Shown piece by piece: positions 43,495 to 55,420 of a DNA stretch of 64,000 bases. The stretch lies in assembly GCF_009914755.1 (NCBI RefSeq), contig NC_060947.1; one strand, given 5' to 3'. The stretch is from the human T2T-CHM13v2.0 reference genome, Homo sapiens. Positions within the stretch are counted from its first letter, which is position 1. Each line of letters begins with the position of its first letter. The translations under genes and the position numbers were made by a program. The notes beneath the pieces were generated by a model that worked only from the letters and a program-made list of their open reading frames with translations, was not told the DNA's origin and searched no databases.

Positions 43495-46116
43495 CAGTCA
43501 TGCGCCACATAATGGCATTTTAGTCAATGACAGACTCCATATATGACAGTGGTCCCATAAAATTATAATACTATACTTTTACTGTGTCTTTTCTATGATT
43601 AGATATGCTTAGATACACAAATATTTAACACTGTGCTACAGTTGCCTACTGTATTAGTTCGTTTTCATGCTGCTGATAAAGACATACCCAAAACTGGGAA
43701 CAAAAAAAGGTTTAATTGGACTTACAGTCCCACATGGCTGGGGAGGCCTCAGAATTATGGCGGGAGGCAAAAGGCACTTCTTACATGGTGGCGGCAAGAA
43801 AAAATGAGGAGGAAGCAAAAGCAGAAACCTCTGATAAACCCATCAGATCTCTTGAGACTTATTCACTATCATGAGAATAGGATGAGAAAAACCAGCCCCC
43901 ATGATCTAATTAACTCCCCTGGGCCCCTCCCACAACACAGGGAAATTCTAGGAGATACAATTTAAGTTGAGATTTGGGTGGGGACACAGCCAAACCATAT
44001 CATTCTGCCCTGGCCTCTCCAAATCTCATGTCCTCACATTTCAAAACCAATCATGCCTTCCCAACAGTCCCCCAAAGTCTTAACTCATTTCAGCATTAAT
44101 CCAAAAGTCCACAGTCCAAAGTCTCATCTGAGACAAGGCAAATCCCTTCCACCTATGAGCCTGTAAAATCAAAAGCAAGCTAGTTGCTTCTTAGATACAA
44201 TGGAGGTACAGGTATTTTGTAAATACAGCCATTCCAAATGAGAGTGATTTGCCAAAACAAAGGGGTTACAGGGCCCATGTAAGTCCAAAATCCAACAGGG
44301 TAGTCAAATTTTAAAGCTCCAAAATGATCTCCTTTGACTCCAGGTCACACTGATGCAAGAGGTGGGTTCCCATGGTCGTGGGCAGCTCCACCCCTGTGGC
44401 TTTGCAGGGTACAGCCTTCCTCCCAGCTGCTTTCATGGGCTAGTGTTGAGTGTCTGCGGCTTTTCCAGGTGCACGGTGCAAGCTGTCAGTGGATCTACCA
44501 TTCTGGGATCTGGAGGATGGTGCTTCTCTTCTCACAGCTCCATTAGGCAGTGCCCCAGTAGGGACTCTGTGTAGGGGCTCTGACCCCACATTTCCCTTCC
44601 GCATTGCCCTGGCAGAGGTTCTCCATGAGGGTCCCACCCCTGCAGCAAACTTTTGCCTGGGCATCCAGGCATTTCCATACATCTTCTGAAATCCAGGCAG
44701 AGGTTTCCAAACCCCAATTCTTGACTTCTGTGCTGCCACAGGCTCAACACCACATGGAAGCCGCCAAGGCTTGGGGCTTCCACCCTCTGAAGCTGCAGCC
44801 TGAGCTCTACGTTGGCCCCTTTCAGCCATGGCTGGAGCAGCTGGGACACAAGGCACCAAGTCCCTGGGCTGCACACAGCACGGGGACCCTGGGCCTGGCC
44901 CACAAAACCACTTTTTCTTCCTAGGTCTCTGGGCCTGTGATGGGAGGGGCTGCTGTGAAGGTCTCTGACATGGCCTGGAGACATTTTCCCCCCATGGTCT
45001 TGGGGATTAACGTTAGGCTCCTTGCTATTTATGCAAATTTCTGCAGCCCGGTTGAATTTCTCCTCAACAAATGTTTTTTTCTTGTCTACTGCATCGTCAG
45101 GCTGCAAATTTTCTGAACTTTAATGCTCTGTTTCCCTTTAAAGATGGAGTGCTTTTAACAGCACCCAAGTTTTAAATGCTTTGCTGCTTAGAAATTTCTT
45201 CTGCCAGATACCCTAAATCATCTCTCTCAAGTTCAAAGTTCCACAGATCTCTAGGGCAAGGGCAAAATGCCACCAGTCTCTTTGCTAAAACATAACAAGA
45301 GTCACCTTTGCTCCAGTTCCCAACAAGTTCCTCATCTCCATGTGAGACCACCTCAGCCTGGACCTTATTGTTCATATCACTATCAGCATTTTTGTCAAAG
45401 CAATTCGACAAGTCTCTAGGAGGTTCCAAACTTTCCCACATTTTCCTGTCTTCTTCTGAGCCCTCCAAACTGTTCCAACCTCTGTCTGTTACCCAGTTTG
45501 AAAGTCGCTTCCACATTTTTGGGTATCTTTTCAGCAACGCCCCACTCTACTGGTACCAATTTACTGTATTAGTTCATTTTCACACTGCTGATAAAGACAT
45601 ACCCGAAAGTGGGAACAAAAAGACGTTTAATATGGACGTACAGTTCCACATGGCTGGGGAAGCCTCGGAATCATGGCAGGAAGCAAAAGGCACTTCTTAC
45701 ATGGCAGCGGCAAGGAAAAATGAGGAGGAAGCAAAAGCAGAAACCCCTGATAAACCCATCAGATCTTGTGAAACTTATTCACTATCACAGGAATAGCACA
45801 TGAAAGCCCAACCCCCGTGATTCAATTACCTCCCCCTGGGCCACTCCAACAACACAGGGGAATTCTGGGAGATACAATTCAAATTGAGGTTTGGGTGGGG
45901 ATACAGCCAAACCATATCACCTACAGTATTCAGTACAGTAACATGCTGTACAGTTTTGTATCCTAGGAGCAATACGCTATGCCATATAGCCTAAGTGTGT
46001 AGGAGGCTATTCCATGTAGGTTTGTGGAATACACTCTATGATGTTTGCACAATGACAAAGTCACCTAACAACGCATTTCTCAGAACGTATCCCCATCATT
46101 AAGTGATCAATGACTG
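43495..46116 (+). mobile_element. Tigger3a (TcMar-Tigger) split by THE1A: pieces 43495-43649 and 45925-46116
   Basis: TIRs cagtcatgcgccacataatg / cattaagtgatcaatgactg; consensus ...gttgcctac|agtattcagtacagtaacatgctgtacag is continuous across the insertion. Confidence 0.9.
43650..45919 (-). mobile_element. Complete THE1A MaLR element: 3' LTR 43650-44002, internal region 44003-45564, 5' LTR 45565-45919
   Basis: Two ~354-nt direct repeats tgtattag...aaaccatatca, perfect 5-bp TSD cctac (43645-43649, 45920-45924), MaLR internal ORF relic GWNSLEGSEEDRKMWESLE...LWNFELERDDLGYLAEEISKQQSI (45172-45537). Confidence 0.95.
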
Positions 46117-46603
46117 CATTACAATCCATTTTGCTAAAATAAAAAGTGTGAAGTCTATTTATATAAAACAGAATGTAAAGAGGGATAAAGTCACCTATAC
46201 TTTTTCTTTTAATTTTTGTACTTTCTGTGTTTTTCCAAATGTCCAAACTGAGCATATTAATTTTATACTTAGAGAGAAACACCCAGATGCTACCTCAGAA
46301 AAGGAAAGATATTTGTAAAGTGCTTTGAGTACATCTGGGTTTGCTTCCCACATACTGTACTCAAGGTTTCCAGATTCTTCATCTACCACAGGAAGAAGCA
46401 ATTTGTAAACCTGGCCTGAGCCCTCCCTTCTTGCCTCTGTGTCTTTATTTGCTGATGTCTAGGTAGTATATGGCCCTTCTTGAAACATGCCTTTCTCACC
46501 CAGAACCTTTCTGCTGGTCATGAAGAACACCTCAGGAAAAAAAAAAAAAAAAAAGGCCTGCTTTAATATGCCACATTTGTATTGGGTAGCCCTTAGAATA
46601 GGT

Positions 46604-46783
46604 CAGTGATTCTCCACTCTGGCTGTACATGAGAATCCCCCAGGGAGATTAAAATAAAACAAAACAAAGCCCAGGAATCACTTTGAGAAATCATTATTTT
46701 ATTGCTCCAGAGTAAGCCTTGGCCATCCATTTTTCATACTTCCTAGGGTAACTGTAATGTGCAACCAGCATTGAAAGCCACAG
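46604..46783 (+). mobile_element. MER5B-type MITE
   Basis: cagtgattctccactctggctgtacatgagaatc...taatgtgcaaccagcattgaaagccac. Confidence 0.65.
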
Positions 46784-47455
46784 AGGTAGGTGAAGACACA
46801 GAAAAGGAAAGAAAGAAATGGTTTTTTCAGCTGATTTCAGTTGAGTAACATAGACAGGAATGGACACTAACCTTCTGTGGACCTGTCTCACCATTGTCTT
46901 CCCACTCCACTGGCCCCTGAGATACCCCATATCTACAAGCTGTTCATTTGTTAAACTCCGTAAGATCATCAAGCACATCACCAACTTTCAAATTCATCAT
47001 CTGAATGACCCCATAAGATGGGCAGACTCAAAAACAATGTTAACATTCTCTTTTGTTTTCCTTCCAAACTCATTCATGTTAAGGTCACTGCTAAAATGTA
47101 CGTGTGTTCGCTGAAAGGATAACATGTTATGCCATTAGCTATTTTTACGCTGGCACCTGGAAAAGGGAAGGGTGCTGAGGGAATTGAGCACAGGATAGGA
47201 AAGTTTTAATATGGGGAAAGAGGAAGAAAAAGACTGGGATTGGTAGTGATAGGCCTACTCAAGGTACTGGGGAGACAGGGAAGCGAACATCAGGATGTTG
47301 TGTGACATCAAAAAGAGAAGAGAAAAGGACATGAGGAATTAAGTTCTGTCCACACCAAAATGTTGCTAAGCGTCATCTTAAAATGAGAGCTATAAAGTAA
47401 GTTGGACATGATGCACTTGAAAGACCACTAAATTGGAAGCCAAGAGACTTGCTTA

Positions 47456-47569
47456 CAGGGTCAATACTAGGGCAAGGTAAGTGCGGCTGCACTTGTGCAA
47501 CCCTCAGAAAGTGCCTTCTTGAATATTTACCCTAGGTGCTTCACCTGCCTCACCTTAGCTCCAGCTCTG
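47456..47569. mobile_element. MER96 hAT MITE (internally deleted), apparently inserted into a MIR
   Basis: cagggtcaatactagggcaaggtaagtg ... cacctgcctcaccttagctccagctctg; perfect 8-bp TSD cttgctta (47448-47455, 47570-47577). Confidence 0.8.
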
Positions 47570-48446
47570 CTTGCTTAGATTCCAGTCTCGCTTCAGATTC
47601 TAAACTGTGTGATATTTGGCAAGTCACTTCCCCTGTCTAAGCACCACCTCTCAAACCCGAGAAGCTCCACTTTTACCTGTCTAAGCTATTGGGCTTCCAT
47701 AAAAATTTCATTTGAAAAGAGTTACACAGCTTTAAAAATTGTATCCTACTTCTCTGAGTCATCTGTAAGAGTACTAGCCTGTAATACTGTGGTTCTGTGT
47801 CTAATAATTGTAAGCTACAGGAGTTTTCATGGGCCACTTAAAGCCTCTCTTTATCAACCTGAAAATATTGACAAGGTAATTTCTAGCACAGGCCACTGGA
47901 AAAGTATTGAATTACCCTCTGGGAAAGACCAACTTGCCTCTCTATAGAACATTTCGAGAGGGCCAGTAAACCTTTTTGGGGCTTTATGGCAAACCCTCTG
48001 AGAATCACAGCCAGGCACAAATTGCTATAAATGTCAACACTCATGAGAAGCCTGTTCATCAATATCAGCAACTTCCATCATTTGGGGGACTGTTAAAAGA
48101 CCCCGTCAGAAGTACAAATGCTGTGGCTCTGAGAGATCTGGTGCAGATTCACAGCTGACAGCAGGTGGTGATAGTCCCTGCTGGAAGATGCACAACAGGA
48201 ACAAAATTATCCTCAACTATATTTTCTTGGGTATCTTTATTATGAACTTCCATATGTCAATATCCTACTTATTGTTCTTCTGTGTTTTCAGATGAAATAC
48301 TAAATGTGTTCAGCATGGAGCGGGTTTTCACTTGTTTATACATTTAACAAAATCCTGGCCTTCTTTCCCCTGTGAAAATGATTTTGACAATTGTATATTT
48401 GAGAACTTTTTGTATCTGATGCTATCCCTGTCATGAGATCAACCTC

Positions 48447-48830
48447 ATAGTCACAGATGAATCCCCCAGAAATAAACTGAAATAGAGATTCACATGCAAG
48501 AAGTTTATTGGCTGGTACTCTCATTGTCAGCAATTGTGGGAAGAAGAGAAGGATGCAGGTGAGGGCACAAAGAGAAAATGAGCTATGGTGCAGTCATAAC
48601 AAACCCTCAGCTCCCTTCCGGGAGCTCTGAAGCTAGGATGACTTGCCCTTAGAGTTACCTCGCTGGGGGTATGAGGGTTGTGCCTTTCTATCCTGGGGCA
48701 ATCGGTCATTGGATGCAGGATACCCCGGGAAAGGGTCATAACCTTAAGCTGCAACTTTTCCAACAACTGAAGGAATAAGTTCTATGGTGCTGAAGGAGGA
48801 TCTGGGTGGTACAGCACAGCATCCACCACA
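48447..48830 (-). mobile_element. LTR16-family (ERVL) solo LTR
   Basis: Reverse complement begins tgtggtggatgctgtgctgtaccacccagatcctccttcag; gagattcacatgcaagaagtttattgg; gggagctctgaagctaggatg. Confidence 0.7.
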
Positions 48831-49589
48831 CTACCCTTTGCCAAGATTATCACACCTTATTTGCCAAGAGTAGCCCAACCACCACTCCAGTAGGATTAAA
48901 TTGGTCATAGCTGCAGCCCAGTTCTTCATCCATAATTTCCTTCCCACTCCTTGCCACAAACTGCATTATATTGGTAAAATGCAGATGACAATCTAGCATT
49001 CACCCACTTACCTATATGGTAACTACCATTCTTTAAAATGAGGAAGAAGAGGAAAGTGGATAGCGACAGCAGTCTGGAATCAGAATGAGAGAATTTGCTG
49101 CTCAAGTAAAAGTAGTTTTTAGTGTTGCAAAATTGGGCACGTTAAAGCTCACAGAGAGTGGATGACAATTCTGAAGCTGCTAAAACAGCAGGCTTATTTT
49201 TACAAAGCCAAGGGTTTGTTACGTACCTCTGCTCCTACAAGCACCAATGCCTGTTTTTTTCTCTGCCTCCTGTGTCAAATTTTTCTCTTTTTTTTTCTCC
49301 CTCAAGCGCATATTTACTCTCTTTGGTCAGCTTCATCAGGAAACAGTCAAACTACAATAAATTAGGTATGAAAACAAATAAAAGCTTTTCTTGGGCTGCT
49401 CAGTGACAGGTACGGAGCTGAGGTGACCATTCCCCCCAGGGTTCTATAGTACACAGCCACATGCTTAAGCAAACACAGAGAAATTCTGCATGGTAAAAGA
49501 CACTGCAGTATTCAGCCACGGTTCTGACTTGCTCAAAAAATGTGAGCAAGGCTTATAGCCCAGGAAGCTTCAGACATGCCCTCATTAAA

Positions 49590-50220
49590 AAGCAGTGTGC
49601 TTTTTCTACTTAATTTTTGAATAGGTAATACATTCACATGGTTCAAAGAACAAAAGTATAAAAAGATTTGTAAGTCAGTGTTTAGTAAAATGCCTCTCAT
49701 TTGTGGCAGTATGCAGCCTACAAAGGAGCTCTCATCTATCATCTATGTCTTCCAGAAGCCTATGTTCTGAGAGGACAGCATGAGTTGTACTTCTTTTTAA
49801 TCTTTATTGTTTTTGTACTTACAGAAAATAATACCTGCTTCTTGTAAAAGGGCCAAATTTTACATAAATAAATGACAGTGAAAATAAAAGTTCTTGGTAA
49901 TCCTACATCTCAGAGATAACAGCCAATTCCTTCAGATTTTTTCCACACATATAGAAACATATAGTTTCTTTACAAAATAGAATTATAACATAAATGCCAT
50001 TTTACAGCTTGTTTTTTCTATTATTACCTATTATCCAATATATTATATATACTGTACAAATCTTTTCTTGTTAGTATATATAGATTGAGCTGTCTTTTAA
50101 ACAATAGCATAGTATTCTATGCGTATTTACTATAATTTCTTTATGCAGTTTTATTTTAAAATTTTAAATGTCTGTGACATAATTCTTTAAACCCATTTCT
50201 CCATTGCTTATAATTAATTT
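49590..50220 (-). mobile_element. Ancient L1ME/L1MC 3' fragments
   Basis: tttgaataggtaatacattcacatggttcaaa; tttacaaaatagaattataacata...cttgttttttc...atagcatagtattct. Confidence 0.55.
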
Positions 50221-50519
50221 ACCATGAACTTAAATCTACTCATTTCTGGAGAAGTTAATGAGAAGTCAGTAAAGGAAGTTTCATGGACAAAGAAGATAAT
50301 TCAGAAAGGTCTGCAGGTGTAGACAGATGTGCCTGTTAAGTGGACAGACAAGTGTGGCTGCCTGGAGTACTGAATAAGTGAGTGAGGCCATTTTCCAGAT
50401 TTGAATGAATTTGAAAATAAGGGAGAAGTGGGGACTGGAATGGGGTGAGGGATTAAACAAAGGGAGATAAAAGCAAATTGGAATGGAAGAAATCTTGATA
50501 CACGGATGGTGAGTCTTTC

Positions 50520-50960
50520 CAGACGAAAGATTTTTATGGAGAGAACTGACACGTTTTAGTTGAATCCAAGCTTGATACTAATTAACAATATAATTTGGGT
50601 ATTTAAAAATATTGGCAAAGGCTGCTAAAATAACAACCCACGTCAAAGCAAGCAATAATCTCATTGTCGTCCACACTGATCAGATCACACTGGAATTATC
50701 AGGATCAATAAAATATTGACAGATATCCATAGGAGAGAGCAACAGTGAGGGAACTTGTCATCATGCCATAAAAGTAACGGTGGAAGGACTGGGACGTCTT
50801 TAGCCTGAGGAAAAGAATGTTAAAGGGAAACATGCTAACTGCCTTCAAAAATGTGAAGGACTAACACATGCAAAAGGAGTTAAATTTGCTCTGTGTCATC
50901 CCAAATGGTGGAATAAGACCAATGAGTAGAGATTACGAGAAGGCTTATTTTGATTCAACA
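50520..50960 (+). mobile_element. L3/CR1 LINE relic
   Basis: ggaaggactgggacgtctttagcctgaggaaaagaatgttaaagggaaacatgctaactgccttcaaaaatgtgaagg. Confidence 0.7.
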
Positions 50961-52746
50961 CATGAACAGCTGTATTCTGCTAAAGGGCCTTTAAAAAAGT
51001 TTACTTTAAATATATTAAAGACTCTGTCCACTTTCATTAACATTATTATTTAGCCAATGTTTTCTTCATAAATAGTACAAAAGTAAAATTCAACTCAGTC
51101 CTTGATGAAGTTTCATAAATTCTTAATTAGTGAGATTCAAAATAATGAGGCTTTATCGTACACTGCTTGAGAAAGATTTTCAATTGCCTTAATCTCTTTC
51201 TTCCTATGTTTATTTCTCAATCCCATGCCTTGGCCTACCATGTCCCCTCAACTCCCACTGAAGCAGAGAGCACATCAACAACCCACACGAAAATGTAAAT
51301 CTGAGAAATAAATATGCGTGGTTGGTTTAAAAAGAGAAAGAATTAACATTTAAAGCAATGGTAATTTACTCTGATCTGTAATTTTGAGCTCCTGTGCTGA
51401 AATTGCTCATTTGGAAATTACCAAGTGCTTGGGTCTCATTTGTGATCTTCTTCCTGCATACATCCAGCACACAAAGGAGTCATAATGACCGGCTGAGTCA
51501 CTGCTGCCATCTCCCTGAAGCGTGCTCTTCAAATGTCAATACCATTTTCTATGGTACAATGAAGAAAATTCCGAATTGTAGCCTGCTTACACTAAAGGGT
51601 GAGCCCGAAACAGCACAGAACCTGGAATATGCTCAAAGGGCATCGCAATCCTCTCCCATTCTCTTCTCCTCCAGTCATCAAATTGCTATGGCATGGATCA
51701 TTTTGGCTTTGCAAATCATCCCTATCACCCACTCCCATTAGTCATTACTTGAATATAAATGAAAAACTATTTAGGTTTATGGGAAGAAATGAGCTGCTTT
51801 TGGCAATATCCCAATAAAATTATATCTATAGTTGAAGTTATATTCAGATATGGATTCAAACCAGAAGCGAAACTATAGACACAATGTAATATTAGAGACA
51901 TGAAGACTCTAAAAGACCAGCATGTAGAAAACTCTTGTGCTATTCTTATGGATCATACTTCAGATATTTTGTTCTTCCCAACTTCTTAAACCCTAACTCC
52001 AAAAAGGTTACCCAAAACTCAAGCATCAGATCTTTTCTCTTTTTCTCATTCAATATAGATCCAGGGTAATGGTAGCTAACAGTTATCTAATGTAAATTAG
52101 ATAAAAAGGAACCAGGAATTCCTGGTAAATTTAATTGAGAAAGGGAAAGAACTCAGGAAAGCTTAATATGACTGAACTTTTTAATAATGTGGTGATCAAG
52201 AGCTCACGAGTATGATATCTTTGTTATAGATTGTCTTTTTCAGGTTTTCATAAAATTATTTTACTTGGGAGACATAATTTACCTTGTTGGATAGTCTTTC
52301 TATGTAAGGAGAAGCCATATTATAATGAGGCGCTATCTCTACTGAAGTTATTTCTAATTTGCCACAATGCTTATATAGAAGATGAAATAAATGAGCTTCA
52401 ACTGCAGTAAGGAAATTGCAGGCAGTTGTAAGAAGTTCTTGATTTTATTCCATAGATATTTTGAGAGTGCATGTCAATAAAAACAATTAGATAATATAAT
52501 TCCGCTGTGAGCTCTCATGTAGCCACTTGATGCGGGGTGCCCAAAAGTTGTAGAATCTTCTTTCCTTTGCAACAAAATGAAAGTGCAAACTGTCTGGAGG
52601 GTTAAGGCTGAGGTTATGAGTAAGCCTGCTTTCCATAATGGATAAGGTTCAAAGGCACCTGATGGACTGTGACTAGAAATTCAGTAGAATCTTTAATACC
52701 TACAGAAAGATTTTTAAATCATTGAAGCTGTTTTTCCTTCCTTCAG

Positions 52747-52934
52747 GATTTTCCATCCTCCAAGCGATTATGGAAGCAGCAGTGCAAAACAACTGGCAAG
52801 TAACAGCAAGGTCTGTGGGAAACATAAAGGACGTCCAAGAATTCAGGCGCATCATTGAAGAAATGGACAGGAGGCAGGAAAAGCGATACTTGATTGACTG
52901 CGAAGTCGAAAGGATTAACACAATTTTGGAACAG
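52747..52934 (+). CDS. GRIA3: Internal coding exon of glutamate ionotropic receptor AMPA subunit 3 (GluA3), amino-terminal domain; 188 nt, phase 1 to phase 0 (probably exon 4)
   Basis: Translation (G)[62 protein letters not shown] matches the GluA3 ATD sequence as I recall it; acceptor tttttccttccttcag ends at 52746; donor CAG|gtacgt starts at 52935. Confidence 0.97.
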
Positions 52935-53090
52935 GTACGTTTGAGATTTATTTCACCGCCAGCCAACATGTTAAATTATCAACCTAAGTCAGCTCCCATA
53001 TCTGCTAATAAATTAAGTAGCCAACAGACTAAACGTGCCAACAGTTTTTGATAGTCTCTCTAATCCTTTTTTCCTCCCCAGTGGCTGCAG

Positions 53091-53129
53091 AAAAAAAAAA
53101 AAGAAAGAAAGAAAGAAAAGAGAAGAAAA
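53091..53129. repeat. A12 plus (GAAA)n purine tract
   Basis: aaaaaaaaaaaagaaagaaagaaagaaaagagaagaaaa. Confidence 0.9.
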
Positions 53130-53645
53130 TCTAAGCTGTTGAAAATTGCATGCCATGATTAATCTGGAAGTATTTGCAATTTAATGCTACCTATCAGATA
53201 AACATATCCCTCCACACCTCTGTTTCATAGACAACTGACTTTCAAAGTAATCCCCTTCCTTTCCCATACCTTCTTCCCAACAGGGAACAGACAAGGGACT
53301 AAGCAGTGCAGATGGAAAGGGTTTTTGTTTCAGGAGCCTCATTGCTGGAATATGTACTATTTCCAGACCCTTCTAAAGATCACCACCCATTCTTGATGAC
53401 TATGGATAGACAGACTGTCAGGACAGTACTCACCAAGTTTTGAATTTGTCTACATTTTTGCAGATTATCCCTCTGGATCAGAGAGAGAGAGAGAGAACAA
53501 TTTAAGACCATTTTTTCCCATTTTATAACTTTTTAATTCATTCACTCCACAAATATTCATTTAAGACCCATTACATGCTGACAATGTGGGCAACAAGTTA
53601 TCACTGTCCCATAATTTCTCAAAGGAGAAATAAGATCTTGTATTA

Positions 53646-53953
<308 letters not shown>

Positions 53954-55304
53954 TCATTATTAAGCTTGGATATTTAAATTTAAGACTAAAAAATATTAGA
54001 AGAAATGTTTCACCCTAAACCAGATCTGTTCAGGGTAGAGTCAAGCTGAAATGTGAAGAAAGTTTATCACTTTCCTTAGAAGTTTCAATTTGCCAGTTAA
54101 TAACAATGTGCCCACGCTGCCATAAACAAAAATGTAAGGGAAACATTTCCATTCTAATTTAATCCCAGTGTACCTAGGGGCCAAAACAGCTTCAGAGATT
54201 GAAATTATAGTGAGCAGCTATTGCCTGGGAGAGCTGTTTTATAGCAAATTAAATATTAATAATTTGTCAGATATGTCCCCATAAGAAGAGAAATGCAAAC
54301 AAAAATAGGTGACAAAAGGAAAGAGAAGGGAAGAGACGGAAGGAAGGGAGGAAAGGACAAAGGGAGAAAAGGAAGGAGGGAAACTGCTGACTCTATATCG
54401 TAGAAATACAAAGTGTCCCCTTGTTAAGATCGGCATTACCCTCTAGTGAATCATACTTCACAGAAAATCTACAGCACTAGCCTGGTTAAATCAAGTTTCT
54501 CAACTAACATTCTCTTGAGCTACACAAATGATCTACCTGCCCCTTCCCCCCCACAAAAAAAAAAAATACCTTCCTTTGATTTTCTTAGATCTTGAAAGTG
54601 AAGAATCAGGTCAGTGATGTTGGTGTATGTACTACATGCCCTCTAAAATTTTATACCAAAATAGCCTTTTAGTGGGTGACCTACTTAATAGCCCAAAGCA
54701 GAAGAACATCCTCCTTGTCATACTTTGTTTTTCTTCTTTTGTATTAGTGACTTTGGCTTCTTAGATATCTTATATTCTGTTAAAGTCTTTTGGATTTTAT
54801 AGAACTTTATACTGCAGTCTGGGATTTTTCAGCATTATGTAATAGAAAAGTAGTGGGTAGAGCTCTGAATTCTATATAATTGTGGGACCTTGGGCACTTA
54901 AATATCTATGCCTCAGTTTTCTCATCTACATAATGGAGAAAATAAAATTTTCTCTACATCACATGGTTGGTATAATTGCTTTAAAAAGCGTAAAATGCTA
55001 CAGAAAAAACAATCATTATTACTAGACACTTTCAGAAAAACTAAACTAGTATCATTCAAAAACTCTATTCTCTTTTCATGTCATACTTCTCCATCTTCCT
55101 TTCTTCTATACGCACATTCACAGTATCCTTTAAAACACTTTCTATACAATTTTTCAGGAAACATTGTTCAAAGAAAAGTTTTAGCAACATCTAGGTAAGG
55201 ATAGAGAGTTACTTTCATTTATTCTTTTTCCCTCTTTCAAAAAATTGTCATAAAACCATCAACTCATGATTGTTTTCTCTGCCATTTAAGGTGTTCTTAC
55301 TAGG

Positions 55305-55420
55305 CCATAAATTCTATGAGGGAAGGACTAGATTTATCTTGTTCACTATTATATCTCCAGTGTCCAACAGAGTAACTGGCACATAGTGTTGGATGAATGA
55401 ATGGATAGATGGATAATGAA
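55305..55420 (+). mobile_element. L2 3' end
   Basis: tctatgagggaaggacta...ttgttcact...tatctccagtgtcc...ctggcacatagt...tgaatgaatg. Confidence 0.75.

Noticed and set aside
43633-45803. Cluster of 60-191 aa ORFs on both strands
   Set aside because: All lie inside THE1A LTR or internal sequence; GC-rich repeat frames and a fragmented MaLR ORF
52747-52934. AMPA-receptor R/G editing site or flip/flop exons
   Set aside because: Those lie in the ligand-binding-domain exons far downstream; this exon encodes the ATD
52722-53051. 109-aa ORF as a stand-alone gene
   Set aside because: It is the GRIA3 exon plus intronic read-through on both sides; the start codon is a TTG inside the acceptor region
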